A stretch of DNA of 32,000 nt from Delftia acidovorans NBRC 14950 (GTDB taxonomy: Bacteria; Pseudomonadota; Gammaproteobacteria; Burkholderiales; Burkholderiaceae_C): assembly GCF_001598795.1 (NCBI RefSeq), contig NZ_BCZP01000008.1:90001-122000 (forward strand), in the 5' to 3' direction. A program made the position numbers and the translations under genes. This document shows positions 9,089-17,733 of the stretch, piece by piece. Within the stretch, counting starts at the first letter, position 1, and every line of letters begins with the position of its first letter. The notes below the pieces were generated by a model that saw only the letters and a list, made by a program, of their open reading frames with translations, was not told the DNA's origin and searched no databases.

Positions 9089-9565
9089 ATGACTGACACT
9101 CTCACGCTCCGGCCCTCGCGGCCTGATGACCTTCCCGCCCTGAACGCCGTTCTCTGGGCCACCTACGACAGCACCTGGAAGCCCCAGCTGACGGCGGACA
9201 AGCATGCGCAGTTCTGCGCCTCCGGCAAGACCGCGCAGTACGTGCAGTCGCGCGGCCACCTTTTCCGGGTGGCCGAGTGCGATGGCGTGGTCGCCGGCTT
9301 CGTGGACTGGGTGGATGACTTCATCGGCGCCCTGCATGTGCTGCCGGCCTGGCAGGGGCGCGGCGTGGGCCGTGCGCTGCTGGCCCATGCCGAGCAGGCT
9401 TTGCGCGCCGCCGGCCACGCCCAGGTGCGCCTGGAGACCGACAGCTTCAACACCCAGGCCCTGGGCTTTTACACGGCGCAGGGCTACGCCACGCTGGACA
9501 CCTATCCCGACGAGGAATGGGACTGCGGCCTGACCACGGTGCTCATGGGCAAGCCGCTGGCCTGA
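9089..9565 (+). CDS. GNAT family N-acetyltransferase
   Basis: Internal ATG at 9089 of ORF 8954..9565. Acetyl-CoA binding motif LHVLPAWQGRGVGRALL. Size is 158 aa. Confidence 0.8.
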   Translation: MTDTLTLRPSRPDDLPALNAVLWATYDSTWKPQLTADKHAQFCASGKTAQYVQSRGHLFRVAECDGVVAGFVDWVDDFIGALHVLPAWQGRGVGRALLAHAEQALRAAGHAQVRLETDSFNTQALGFYTAQGYATLDTYPDEEWDCGLTTVLMGKPLA

Positions 9566-9577
9566 AAGGCCGGCCCC

Positions 9578-9964
9578 TCAGTTGCTGTAGGGCTGTCGCT
9601 CCAGCACCAGGTTGGCGAAGTCCTCCACCAGGTCGGCACCCAGTTCCTCGATGGCGTCGTCTTCCTCGTCGAAGGCCCAGAGCACGCGGATGTCCGTGCC
9701 CTTGCTGCCTGCATGGTCGAGCAGCTCGAACAGCGAGCGCAGCCCCATGGTCGATGCGCTGTTGATGTACTGCAGCTTCACCTCGGCCACGAAGCGTGCG
9801 GGCTGGCTGGCCTCTAAGTACTGGCCCAGCATGGCCAGCAGGGGGGTGAAGAAGGGCAGCGGGTTTTCTGGATAGCACTCGCCTTCGATGCGCAAAAGCT
9901 GCTCGGCCGGCGAGAAGACCACTTCGGGCGTGACGGAAGTGCGTTCGGATTTCAGTGCTTGCAT
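9578..9964 (-). CDS. DUF1987 / SiaC-like regulatory phosphoprotein
   Basis: 128 aa. The pattern TPEVVFSP..LLRIEGECYPENPLPFFTPLL...LQYINSASTMGL matches my recollection of the DUF1987/SiaC family. Last gene of a three-gene minus-strand operon. Confidence 0.7.
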   Translation of the reverse strand: MQALKSERTSVTPEVVFSPAEQLLRIEGECYPENPLPFFTPLLAMLGQYLEASQPARFVAEVKLQYINSASTMGLRSLFELLDHAGSKGTDIRVLWAFDEEDDAIEELGADLVEDFANLVLERQPYSN

Positions 9965-10001
9965 GGCGGCGTCATTCGGATTCGGGAAGGGGTCCCGGCG
10001 C

Positions 10002-10634
10002 TCAGATCAGCGCCTTGACGTGGAACACGGCATGGGGCGCGGTATCTGCGGCGTCCTCTCCCGTGGCGATGTGGTACTGCAGCGGTGCCGAGGCGTCGCG
10101 CGCAATGGTCAGCCAGCCCAGGCCCGCGCCGCGGCTGATGTCATCGCTGGCGCTGTGGTCGGTGTTGTGCAGCTGGGCCTTGTAGGCGGCCTTGATTTCG
10201 GGGTGGCTCATGGCGCGCACGGCATCCAGCTTGGCGGCCAGGCGCGGCACATGTTCGCGGCGCACGGCGTTGCTGCAGGCAATCCAGAAGCGCGCCTGCG
10301 CCTGATCGGCCCCCGCGTCCGGGGCGCCGGCCGGTGCATCGATGCGGCCCACGCCGATGGCGCCCTGTGCCACGGGTTCGCCGAGTGCCTGGCTGGCTCC
10401 GGCGTCAGAGGCAGGCAGCGGCGCCGCGTAGTGCAGCACGTTCTGCGCCATTTCGATGAAGGTGGAAAACAGCTTGCGTTTGGCGCTGCTCGATCCGTCC
10501 TCGCTGGCCAGCCGGCACTTGAGCGTGTCGGCCGCCGCCTGGATCACATTGGGGTTGAAGGTGCCCGCGTAGTACAGCAGCAGGCCGTTGTGCTCGGCCT
10601 GGGCGCGCAGGTGCGCGAATTCGGACGGGCTCAT
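10002..10634 (-). CDS. SiaB-like (RsbW-type) protein kinase
   Basis: Internal ATG at 10634 of ORF 10002..11393; this start overlaps the upstream gene's stop (ATGA, 10631-10634). The pattern LLLYYAGTFNPNVIQ...KLFSTFIEMAQNVLHYA...GLGWLTIAR resembles SiaB-family kinases. Assignment is from memory of the family, not a search. Confidence 0.6.
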   Translation of the reverse strand: MSPSEFAHLRAQAEHNGLLLYYAGTFNPNVIQAAADTLKCRLASEDGSSSAKRKLFSTFIEMAQNVLHYAAPLPASDAGASQALGEPVAQGAIGVGRIDAPAGAPDAGADQAQARFWIACSNAVRREHVPRLAAKLDAVRAMSHPEIKAAYKAQLHNTDHSASDDISRGAGLGWLTIARDASAPLQYHIATGEDAADTAPHAVFHVKALI

Positions 10635-12010
10635 GGCTGCAGGGCCTGGTTGCGCCACACCAGCAGCGAGACATCGTCGCGCCGGCGCTGCGTGCCCTGC
10701 CACTGGGCAAAGGCCTGCCGGAATTCGGCGCAGGCCTGGGCGGCGGGGCGGTCGTGCTGCTCGTGCAGGAAGCGCGCCAGGCGCTTTCTGCCGTGGGCGA
10801 TCTGGCGCGGGCCGCCCAATTGGTCGATGACGCCATCGGTGGCCACCATCAGCAGCGAGCCGGGCGCGACCTCCAGCTCCTGCGTGCTCCAGGCCGCGTC
10901 GTCGGGCGTGGTCGCATAGCCTATGCCCAGCTTGTCGCCGGCATGGATCTGCACCTGGGCCGCCTCCTGCACGCCGGGCGGCGCCACCAGCAGGTCCAGC
11001 CGGGCCGAGGCAAAGCGCAGTTGCGTGCCGCAGGGCGACTGCAGGAACAGCGCGGCGTCCAGGCCGTCGCTGGAGGCTTTTTCGGCGGGCAGGCCATCGG
11101 CGGGCGCTGCCGGTGCGCCCCAGGCGGGCTGGACGTCGCGGCTGCGCTGCTGCAGCACGCGCTTGATGTAGCGGTTCATCTGGCCCAGCAGGGCGCCGGG
11201 GTCGATGGCGGCGCCGGTGCCGGTGCCGATACCTGCAGGCGCCACGGCCTGTTCGAGAAAGGACAGTGCAATCAGCGTCATGAAGGCGCCCGGCACGCCG
11301 TGGCCCGTGCAGTCGAACATGCAGCCCAGCAGGCCCTGCGGTGTGGCGCGGAAGAAGTACGCATCGCCGCCCACCACGTCGCGCGGCTCCCACAGCAGGC
11401 CGTGGTCGGCCAGCTGGCTGGCGAGCACGCGGTCGGATTCGAGCAGGTGCGAGCGCTGGATCAGGCTGGCGTAGTCGATGCTGGCCATGAGCTGGCGCGT
11501 CTTGTCGGCCTCGATGTCGGACATGGCGGCCATCAGCGCGTGGCCCGTGCCTATGCCTGCGTAGCGGCCTTCCTCCACGGTGATGAAGCCGTCCTTGAGC
11601 ACGCGGCTGCCGCTGGCCAGCGCCTGCTGCACCAGCTGGTCGATGGGCAGGCCGGCCGCCACCACCATGGGCGCGGTGTCGGTGAATACCAGGCAGCTGC
11701 GGCGGCCGAACACGTCGCGCGCAAAGGGCCGCGCGTACTGCTCCATGAAGCGCTGGCGGTTGATCAGGCCCAGCGGCCGGTCATCGGCCACCACGGCCAG
11801 GGTTTCGAGCATGGGCTGCTCGCTGAACAGCCGGTGCACATCCTCGTTGCTGGCCTCGGGGGGGATCGGTGCCGTGGGCTGGCTGAGCTGGCCTGCACGG
11901 GCCACAAGGCGCGGCGCGGCGGGCGCCGGGGCCAGCGCGGGAACGGGTGCAGGGTCAGGTAGCTGATCCGCTGCAGGGTGCTGCGTGGAGGAGGGGTCCA
12001 GAGCAAACAT
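10631..12010 (-). CDS. Cytoplasmic PP2C/SpoIIE-type protein phosphatase with N-terminal CBS-pair-like domain (SiaA-like role)
   Basis: PP2C motifs VVGGDAYFF, MFDCTGHGVPGAFMT and MVATDGVIDQLGG. The N-terminal half has two CBS-like repeats (LETLAVVADDRPLGLINRQRF; DGFITVEEGRYAGIGTGHALM) after a Pro/Ala-rich head. No hydrophobic TM segment seen. I prefer the ATG at 12010 over the GTG at 12031. Confidence 0.8.
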   Translation of the reverse strand: MFALDPSSTQHPAADQLPDPAPVPALAPAPAAPRLVARAGQLSQPTAPIPPEASNEDVHRLFSEQPMLETLAVVADDRPLGLINRQRFMEQYARPFARDVFGRRSCLVFTDTAPMVVAAGLPIDQLVQQALASGSRVLKDGFITVEEGRYAGIGTGHALMAAMSDIEADKTRQLMASIDYASLIQRSHLLESDRVLASQLADHGLLWEPRDVVGGDAYFFRATPQGLLGCMFDCTGHGVPGAFMTLIALSFLEQAVAPAGIGTGTGAAIDPGALLGQMNRYIKRVLQQRSRDVQPAWGAPAAPADGLPAEKASSDGLDAALFLQSPCGTQLRFASARLDLLVAPPGVQEAAQVQIHAGDKLGIGYATTPDDAAWSTQELEVAPGSLLMVATDGVIDQLGGPRQIAHGRKRLARFLHEQHDRPAAQACAEFRQAFAQWQGTQRRRDDVSLLVWRNQALQP

Positions 12011-12026
12011 GGGGTGGCCTTGAATT

Positions 12027-12041
12027 GTCACAAGATGTGAC
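12027..12041. promoter_or_regulatory. Perfect inverted repeat GTCACA-aga-TGTGAC just upstream of the phosphatase gene
   Basis: GTCACA at 12027-12032, spacer AGA, TGTGAC at 12036-12041. Lies 17-31 nt upstream of the ATG at 12010. Function unknown. Confidence 0.3.
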
Positions 12042-12107
12042 TGATTCTGGGTTCCACCCGTGACCGTCGAATGACAAAGCCCGGACGGCGCGGCGGACGC
12101 CGCTGGT

Positions 12108-13205
12108 TCAGGCTGCAGCGGACTGCGGGGCGCCCTGTGTTTCTCGCGGGAAGGCGACCACGTGATTCATGTCGAGCCGGATTCCCACCCACTCGCCCAC
12201 GGCATGGTCGTGGTGGCTGGGCACATGGGCCATCACGCTGTGGCCGCTGGCCAGCTCCAGCGTGTAGAGGAACTCCGAGCCGCGAAACGCCTTGCGCAGG
12301 ATGCGTGCCTGCACGGGCGAGGCATCGTCGTGCACCACATCGTCGGCGCGCAGCAGTACATCGCATTCGCCGCCCGGAAACTGCGCAGGCAGCGGGCAGG
12401 TGGCCGGATCGACCAGATCGCCCAGCGCCGTGCGCGCCACCACGCCACCGGCCCCGGAAGGCGCCAGCGTGGCCGGCACGAAGACGCCGTGGCCGATGAA
12501 GTCCGCCACGAAGCGCGTGGCAGGGCGGTGGTACAGCGAATAGGCGTCATCCCACTGCTGCAGCTGCCCCTGGTAGACCACGCCGATCATGTCGCCGATG
12601 GCAAAGGCCTCCAGCTGGTCGTGCGTGACGAACAGGGCCGTGGCGCCTGCAGCCTTGAGGATGCCGCGCACCTCATGCGCCAGGCGCTCGCGCAGGTCCA
12701 CGTCGAGGTTGGAGAAGGGCTCGTCCAGCAGCATCAGCTGCGGGCTGGGCGCCAGCGCGCGGGCCAGCGCCACGCGCTGCTGCTGGCCGCCCGACAGCTC
12801 ATGCGGAAACCTCCCTGCACTGCCGGCCAGGCCCACCAGCTCCAGCACCTCGGCCACGCGCTCGGCCTGGCGCGCCTTGGGCAGATGGTGGATGCCGAAG
12901 GCCACGTTGCGGCCCACGTTCAGATGGGGGAACAGCGCATAGTCCTGGAACACCATGCCGATGCGCCGCTGCTCGGGAGGGAGCGAGAAATCCGCGCTGC
13001 CCACGAGCTGGCCGTCGATGCGGATCTCGCCGCCGCTCACGGGCTCCAGGCCCGCCACGGCACGCAGCAGCGTGGTCTTGCCGCAGCCCGAGGGGCCGAT
13101 GAGCACGCCGATGTCGCCAGCGGCCAGATTCAGCGTGACGCCCTGCACGGCAGGCCTGTCGCGGCCCGGGTAGCGCACCTCGAGTTGGGAGACGGTCAAA
13201 AACAT
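12108..13205 (-). CDS. ABC transporter ATP-binding protein, FbpC/PotA/CysA-type
   Basis: Internal ATG at 13205 of ORF 12108..13322. Walker A GPSGCGKTT, signature LSGGQQQRVALARAL, Walker B LMLLDEPFSNLD, and a C-terminal TOBE-like extension. Confidence 0.9.
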   Translation of the reverse strand: MFLTVSQLEVRYPGRDRPAVQGVTLNLAAGDIGVLIGPSGCGKTTLLRAVAGLEPVSGGEIRIDGQLVGSADFSLPPEQRRIGMVFQDYALFPHLNVGRNVAFGIHHLPKARQAERVAEVLELVGLAGSAGRFPHELSGGQQQRVALARALAPSPQLMLLDEPFSNLDVDLRERLAHEVRGILKAAGATALFVTHDQLEAFAIGDMIGVVYQGQLQQWDDAYSLYHRPATRFVADFIGHGVFVPATLAPSGAGGVVARTALGDLVDPATCPLPAQFPGGECDVLLRADDVVHDDASPVQARILRKAFRGSEFLYTLELASGHSVMAHVPSHHDHAVGEWVGIRLDMNHVVAFPRETQGAPQSAAA

Positions 13206-13224
13206 GCGGCGATTGTAGAACCGC

Positions 13225-13249
13225 GCAAATGAATAGAATTCGCATTTGC
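13225..13249. promoter_or_regulatory. AT-rich inverted repeat in the divergent ABC promoter region (possible Fur-type or other operator)
   Basis: GCAAATG (13225-13231) and CATTTGC (13243-13249) flank AATAGAATTCG. This is the only AT-rich patch in the 212-nt spacer between the ATPase and permease genes. Confidence 0.35.
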
Positions 13250-13417
13250 ATTGGCGGGCCAGGGGCATGCCCGGAGCCCGCCGACTCCAGCAGCCTGCAG
13301 GCACGTCCGGTCTCGGCGGCACATCGGCCCACAGGCCGGTGGCAGCCGCGGATCCCGGCCCGTTCCATAGCCCGGCAGCCAGATCCTCCCCCTCATCCTC
13401 TAGCCGAGACCTCCGCT

Positions 13418-15064
13418 TTGCGCCGTCTGTCGTCCGTACTCCGCTCCCTTCCCCTGCTCCTGCTGGCCCTGGTGCTGATGCTGCCCGTGCTGGCCGTGCT
13501 CGGCTCCTGGCTGCCCGTGGGGCAGGGCGATGCCCTGGCCGGCTCCATCCTGCGCGAGATGGCGGCCACCGTGCTGCCCGGCTACCTGTGGACCACGGTC
13601 TGGCTGGGCCTGCTGGTGGCGTTGGGCGCGGCCATCGTGGGCACGGGCACGGCGGCGGCCGTGACGCTGTTCGACTTCCGGGGCCGGCGCCAGCTCGAAT
13701 GGCTGCTGCTGCTGCCGCTGGCCATGCCGGCCTATGTCACGGCCTATGCCTATACCGACTTCCTGCAGTTCAGCGGCCCGCTGCAGACCTGGCTGCGCGA
13801 CACCTATGGCCTGGAAGGCCGGCTCCTGCCCGAGGTGCGCAGCCTGGGCGGCGCGGTCTGGGTCTTCATCTTCTCGCTCTACCCGTATGTCTACCTGCTG
13901 GCGCGCACCGCGCTGGGCGAGCGCGCCGCGCACCTGATGGAGGCCGCGCGCCTGATGGGCGCGCCGCTGTCGCGGCGCATCTGGTCGGTGGCGCTGCCGC
14001 TGGCGCGCCCGGCCGTGGCCGCTGGCGTGGCCCTGGTGGTGATGGAGACGCTGGCCGACTTCGGCGTGGTCAGCTACTTCGGCATACAGACCTTCACCAC
14101 GGGCATCTACAAGGCCTGGCTGTCCATGGACAACCGCATTGCCGCCGCGCAGCTGGCGACCTTTTTGCTGGTGCTGGTGGTGCTGCTGCTGCAGCTGGAG
14201 CTGCGCGCCCAGCGGCGCATGCGCTTCGTCACCGGCAGCACGGGCCGCGCCAGCTCGGCCGAGGCGCAGCCGCTGCGCCTGCGCGGCTGGCGCTGCGCGC
14301 TGGCCTGGCTGGTGTGCCTGCTGCCCGTGCTCATGGGCTTTGTGGCGCCCGTGTTCTTCATGCTGCGCCCGCTGGCGGCCGACTGGTCGGTGCTGCCCTG
14401 GGACCGCTTCCTCGATTGGGCGCTCAACAGCGTGCGCCTGGGCACCATCACCTCGGTGCTGGCCGTGATCATCGCCGTGGCCCTGGCATTTGCCGTGCGC
14501 CGCCACAAGGAGTCGGCCGTCACGCGCGGCGTGGTGCAACTGGCCAGCCTGGGCTATGCGGTGCCGGGCGCCGTCGTCGTCGTCGGCCTGCTGCTGCCCG
14601 TGGGCTGGGTGCAGCAGGTGCGGCCCGAATGGGGCGTTGCCGGCCTGGTCACGGCCACCGCCGTGGGCATTGTCTGGGCCTACCTGGTGCGCTTTTGCGC
14701 CGTGGCCCTGCAGTCCATGCAAAGCGGCTATGCGCGCATCGCGCCCAGCCTGGACGACTCGGCCCGCATGCTGGGCACGGGCGCCTGGGGCATGCTGTCG
14801 CGCGTGCACTGGCCGCTGCTCAGGCGCTCCACGGCGGCGGCGGCGCTGCTGGTCTTCGTCGATGTGATGAAGGAGCTGCCCGCCACCATGGTGCTGCGCC
14901 CCTTCAACAGCGACACCCTGGCCGTCGTGGCCTACCAGCTCGCGCGCGACGAACGCCTGGGCGAGGCCGCCCTGCCGTCGCTGGCCCTGGTGCTGGTGGG
15001 CCTGATCCCCGTGATCATGCTCAGCCGCACGCTGCGCGCCGAGCGCCCGGGCACTGCCCGCTGA
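13418..15064 (+). CDS. ABC transporter permease with duplicated transmembrane domain (FbpB/iron(III)-type)
   Basis: About 548 aa and very hydrophobic, with two BPD-type permease halves (EAARLMGAPLSRRIWSVALPLARPA and DSARMLGTGAWGMLSRVHWPLLRRS EAA-loops). The start is uncertain. I propose the in-frame TTG at 13418, just before the first TM helix. The listed ATG at 13229 lies inside the operator-like AT-rich patch. Confidence 0.82.
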   Translation: MRRLSSVLRSLPLLLLALVLMLPVLAVLGSWLPVGQGDALAGSILREMAATVLPGYLWTTVWLGLLVALGAAIVGTGTAAAVTLFDFRGRRQLEWLLLLPLAMPAYVTAYAYTDFLQFSGPLQTWLRDTYGLEGRLLPEVRSLGGAVWVFIFSLYPYVYLLARTALGERAAHLMEAARLMGAPLSRRIWSVALPLARPAVAAGVALVVMETLADFGVVSYFGIQTFTTGIYKAWLSMDNRIAAAQLATFLLVLVVLLLQLELRAQRRMRFVTGSTGRASSAEAQPLRLRGWRCALAWLVCLLPVLMGFVAPVFFMLRPLAADWSVLPWDRFLDWALNSVRLGTITSVLAVIIAVALAFAVRRHKESAVTRGVVQLASLGYAVPGAVVVVGLLLPVGWVQQVRPEWGVAGLVTATAVGIVWAYLVRFCAVALQSMQSGYARIAPSLDDSARMLGTGAWGMLSRVHWPLLRRSTAAAALLVFVDVMKELPATMVLRPFNSDTLAVVAYQLARDERLGEAALPSLALVLVGLIPVIMLSRTLRAERPGTAR

Positions 15065-15121
15065 GCCTGCGCTGCCGGGTGCTGCAAAGCGCGGCCTGGC
15101 AAAGCCGGCTACGCTCGCGCC

Positions 15122-16030
15122 ATGCACGCCAGAGTCCTGCGCTATCTCGACGAAGTGGTCCGCCGCGGTTCCATCCGCAAGGCGGCCGAACATCTGCACG
15201 TGGCCCCCACGGCCGTCAACCGCCAGATCCTCGACCTGGAGGCCGAGCTGGGCACGCCCCTGTTCGAGCGCATCCACAAGCGCCTGCGCCTCACCCCGAC
15301 GGGCGAGATGGTGCTGGCCCATGTGCGCGCCACGCTGCGCGAGCATGCTGCGCTGCGCGAGCGCATTGCCGAACTGCAGGGCGCGCGCAGCGGCGAGATC
15401 ACCGTGGCCGCGACCACGGGGCTGGCCGGCTCGCTGCTGCCCTCGCTGGTGCATGAATTCCGCCAGCGCCACCCGGGCATCGTGGTGCGCATCATCGACC
15501 TGCCCCTGAGCGACATCGCGGCCGCCGTGGAAGGCGGCGACGCCGACCTGGGCCTGGCCTACGACCTGTCCGAACGCCCCGCGCTGCGCGCGCTGGCCAC
15601 CAGCGAATGGCAGATCGGCGCCATCGTGCCGCCGCGGCATGCGCTGGCGCGCCAATCGTCGGTGCTGCTTAGCGAGTGCATAGGCCATCCGCTCATCCTG
15701 CCCGCGCCGCCGCTGTCCATCCGCAGCCTGCTGGACGAAGCCTTTGCGCGCAACGCCATCGAGGTCACGCCCGTGGCCGAGTCCACCTCCATGGCGCTGA
15801 TCCAGCGCCTGGTCATGCTGGGCGAGGGCATTGCCCTGCTCAACCCGCTGGACGTGATGGAAGAGCGCAGCCGCAATGCCCTGGTCTTCGTGCCTTTGCG
15901 CGATGCGCATCTGCGGCGGCAGACGCTGGTGCTGACCGGCCGGGCCAGGGGGCAGTTGAGCGCGGCGGGGGAGCTGATGGCCCAGTCCATCGGCCAGGCG
16001 CTGGCAAGGCTGTTTGCCGGGGGGCGGTAA
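15122..16030 (+). CDS. LysR family transcriptional regulator
   Basis: N-terminal wHTH (LRYLDEVVRRGSIRKAAEHLHVAPTAVNRQILDLEAELGTPLFER) followed by a LysR substrate-binding domain. Confidence 0.92.
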   Translation: MHARVLRYLDEVVRRGSIRKAAEHLHVAPTAVNRQILDLEAELGTPLFERIHKRLRLTPTGEMVLAHVRATLREHAALRERIAELQGARSGEITVAATTGLAGSLLPSLVHEFRQRHPGIVVRIIDLPLSDIAAAVEGGDADLGLAYDLSERPALRALATSEWQIGAIVPPRHALARQSSVLLSECIGHPLILPAPPLSIRSLLDEAFARNAIEVTPVAESTSMALIQRLVMLGEGIALLNPLDVMEERSRNALVFVPLRDAHLRRQTLVLTGRARGQLSAAGELMAQSIGQALARLFAGGR

Positions 16031-16041
16031 GTCTTCGGCAC

Positions 16042-16060
16042 TGTCCACTTTTTGTGGACA
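16042..16060. promoter_or_regulatory. Perfect 7-bp inverted repeat TGTCCAC-ttttt-GTGGACA between the LysR and deaminase genes
   Basis: Arms at 16042-16048 and 16054-16060. Could be the LysR-type operator or a weak terminator hairpin after the regulator gene. Confidence 0.35.
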
Positions 16061-16141
16061 CATCGGGCGGAATTCAGCGCTATCGGCAATGGCTTGTCCT
16101 TCCTAGACTGGCGGCTTTTCCATTTCGAAGAAGAGAACGCC

Positions 16142-17527
16142 ATGACCTTGATCGCACTGAACGCCGATGTACTCGTCACCATGGATGCGCAGCGCCGCGA
16201 GATCCGCGACGGCGCCCTGGTGGCCGACGGCCCGGCCGTGCAATGGGTGGGCACCACGGCCGATCTGCCGCCGCAGTACCGCCGCATGGTGGACGACGGC
16301 ACTGCCCAGGTGCTGGACATGCGCGGCCGCGTGGTCATGCCGGGCCTGGTCAACACGCACCACCACATGTACCAGAGCCTCACGCGCGCCGTGCCGGCCG
16401 CGCAGGATGCGGAGCTGTTCTCGTGGCTGACCAACCTGTACATGCTGTGGTCGCACCTCACGCCGGAGATGATCCACGTCTCCACCCAGACCGCCATGGC
16501 CGAGCTGATGCTGTCGGGCTGCACCACCACCAGCGACCACCTGTACCTGTATCCGAATGGCGCTCGGCTGGATGACTCCATCGCCGCGGCGCAGCAGATG
16601 GGCATGCGCTTTCATGCGGCGCGCGGCTCCATGAGCCTGGGCCGCAGCAAGGGCGGCCTGCCGCCTGACGCGGTGGTGGAGGAGGAGGAAGCCATCCTGC
16701 GCGACAGCCTGCGCCTGATCCAGCAGTACCACGACAGCGCACGCCACTCCATGCTGCGCGTGGTGCTGGCGCCGTGCTCGCCGTTCTCGGTGACGCGCGA
16801 GCTGATGCGCGAGTCCGCCGTGCTGGCGCGTGCGCACGGCGTGTCGCTGCACACCCACCTGGCCGAGAACGACAACGACGTCGCCTTCTCGCGCGAGAAA
16901 TTCGGCCTCACTCCCGCGCAGTACGCAGAAAGCCTGGGCTGGGTCGGCCCCGATGTCTGGCATGCCCACTGCGTCAAGCTCGATGCCGAGGGCATTGCGC
17001 TGTTCGCGCGCACGGGCACGGGCGTGGCGCATTGCCCGTGCTCCAACATGCGCCTGGCCTCGGGCATCGCACCCGTGCGCACCATGCGCGATGCGGGCGT
17101 GCCGGTGGGCCTGGGCGTGGACGGCAGCGCCTCCAACGACGGCGCCCACATGCTGGGCGAGGCGCGTCAGGCCCTGCTGCTGCAGCGCGTGGGCCACGGC
17201 CCTGCCGCCATGGGCGCGCGCGAGGCGCTGGAGATCGCCACGCTGGGCGGCGCGCGCGTGCTGGGGCGCGACGACATCGGCGCGCTGGCGCCGGGCATGT
17301 CGGCCGACTTCGTGGCCTTCGACATGTCGGGCGTGGGTTACGCGGGCGCAGGCCATGACCCCGTGGCCGCGCTGGTGTTCTGCACGCCCACCGACGTGTC
17401 CACCAGCGTCATCAACGGCCGCGTCGTGGTCCGCGACGGCCACCTGCTCACGGCCGACCTGCCGCGCGTGCTGACACGCCACCGCGAACTGGCCCGCACG
17501 CTGTTCGAGCGCGCAGCGGGCCACTGA
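16142..17527 (+). CDS. 8-oxoguanine deaminase (amidohydrolase superfamily)
   Basis: Internal ATG at 16142 of ORF 16052..17527. Motifs GLVNTHHHMYQSLTRA, RGSMSLG..GGLPP, LAPCSPFSV, LHTHLAEN, HCPCSNMRLASGI and GLGVDGSASND match what I recall of the Pseudomonas 8-oxoguanine deaminase family. Confidence 0.8.
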   Translation: MTLIALNADVLVTMDAQRREIRDGALVADGPAVQWVGTTADLPPQYRRMVDDGTAQVLDMRGRVVMPGLVNTHHHMYQSLTRAVPAAQDAELFSWLTNLYMLWSHLTPEMIHVSTQTAMAELMLSGCTTTSDHLYLYPNGARLDDSIAAAQQMGMRFHAARGSMSLGRSKGGLPPDAVVEEEEAILRDSLRLIQQYHDSARHSMLRVVLAPCSPFSVTRELMRESAVLARAHGVSLHTHLAENDNDVAFSREKFGLTPAQYAESLGWVGPDVWHAHCVKLDAEGIALFARTGTGVAHCPCSNMRLASGIAPVRTMRDAGVPVGLGVDGSASNDGAHMLGEARQALLLQRVGHGPAAMGAREALEIATLGGARVLGRDDIGALAPGMSADFVAFDMSGVGYAGAGHDPVAALVFCTPTDVSTSVINGRVVVRDGHLLTADLPRVLTRHRELARTLFERAAGH

Positions 17528-17543
17528 CATATCCCTGCAGCGC

Positions 17544-17583
17544 GGCAGGCCGGCACCCAGGCCATCGCGGGTGCCGACCTGCC
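17544..17583 (+). terminator. Long GC hairpin after the deaminase gene (terminator or processing site; no T-run)
   Basis: GGCAGG c CGGCACCC, a 10-nt loop, then GGGTGCCG a CCTGCC. Confidence 0.4.
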
Positions 17584-17733
17584 GCCCTGCGCCATTTCCC
17601 CGAAGCATCTCCAGGAGGCTCGAAGACCCGGACAGCACTTTCAGGACCCCCACCCTTTTCCGGCACCACTGCCCCGACATACATACAAGCGCCTCTGAAG
17701 AGGCCGACGGCCAGGACACAAGGAGACAAGACA

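Noticed and set aside
8325-9565. The acyltransferase plus GNAT pair as an ornithine-lipid OlsA/OlsB locus.
   Set aside because: The GNAT protein is only 158 aa and has the ordinary acetyl-CoA motif (QGRGVGRALL). OlsB-type N-acyltransferases are much larger. Adjacency alone is not enough.
13400-16063. Very long ORFs antisense to, or out of frame with, recognisable genes. Examples: 887 aa at 13400..16063, 663 aa at 19468..21459, 627 aa at 711..2594, 626 aa at 5661..7541, 556 aa at 16103..17773, 509 aa at 26768..28297, and many shorter ones.
   Set aside because: Their translations are Arg/Ala/Gly/His/Gln-rich low-complexity strings with no motifs. They lie opposite genes with clear family signatures. 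Stop codons are rare in alternative frames of DNA this GC-rich, so long shadow ORFs are expected.
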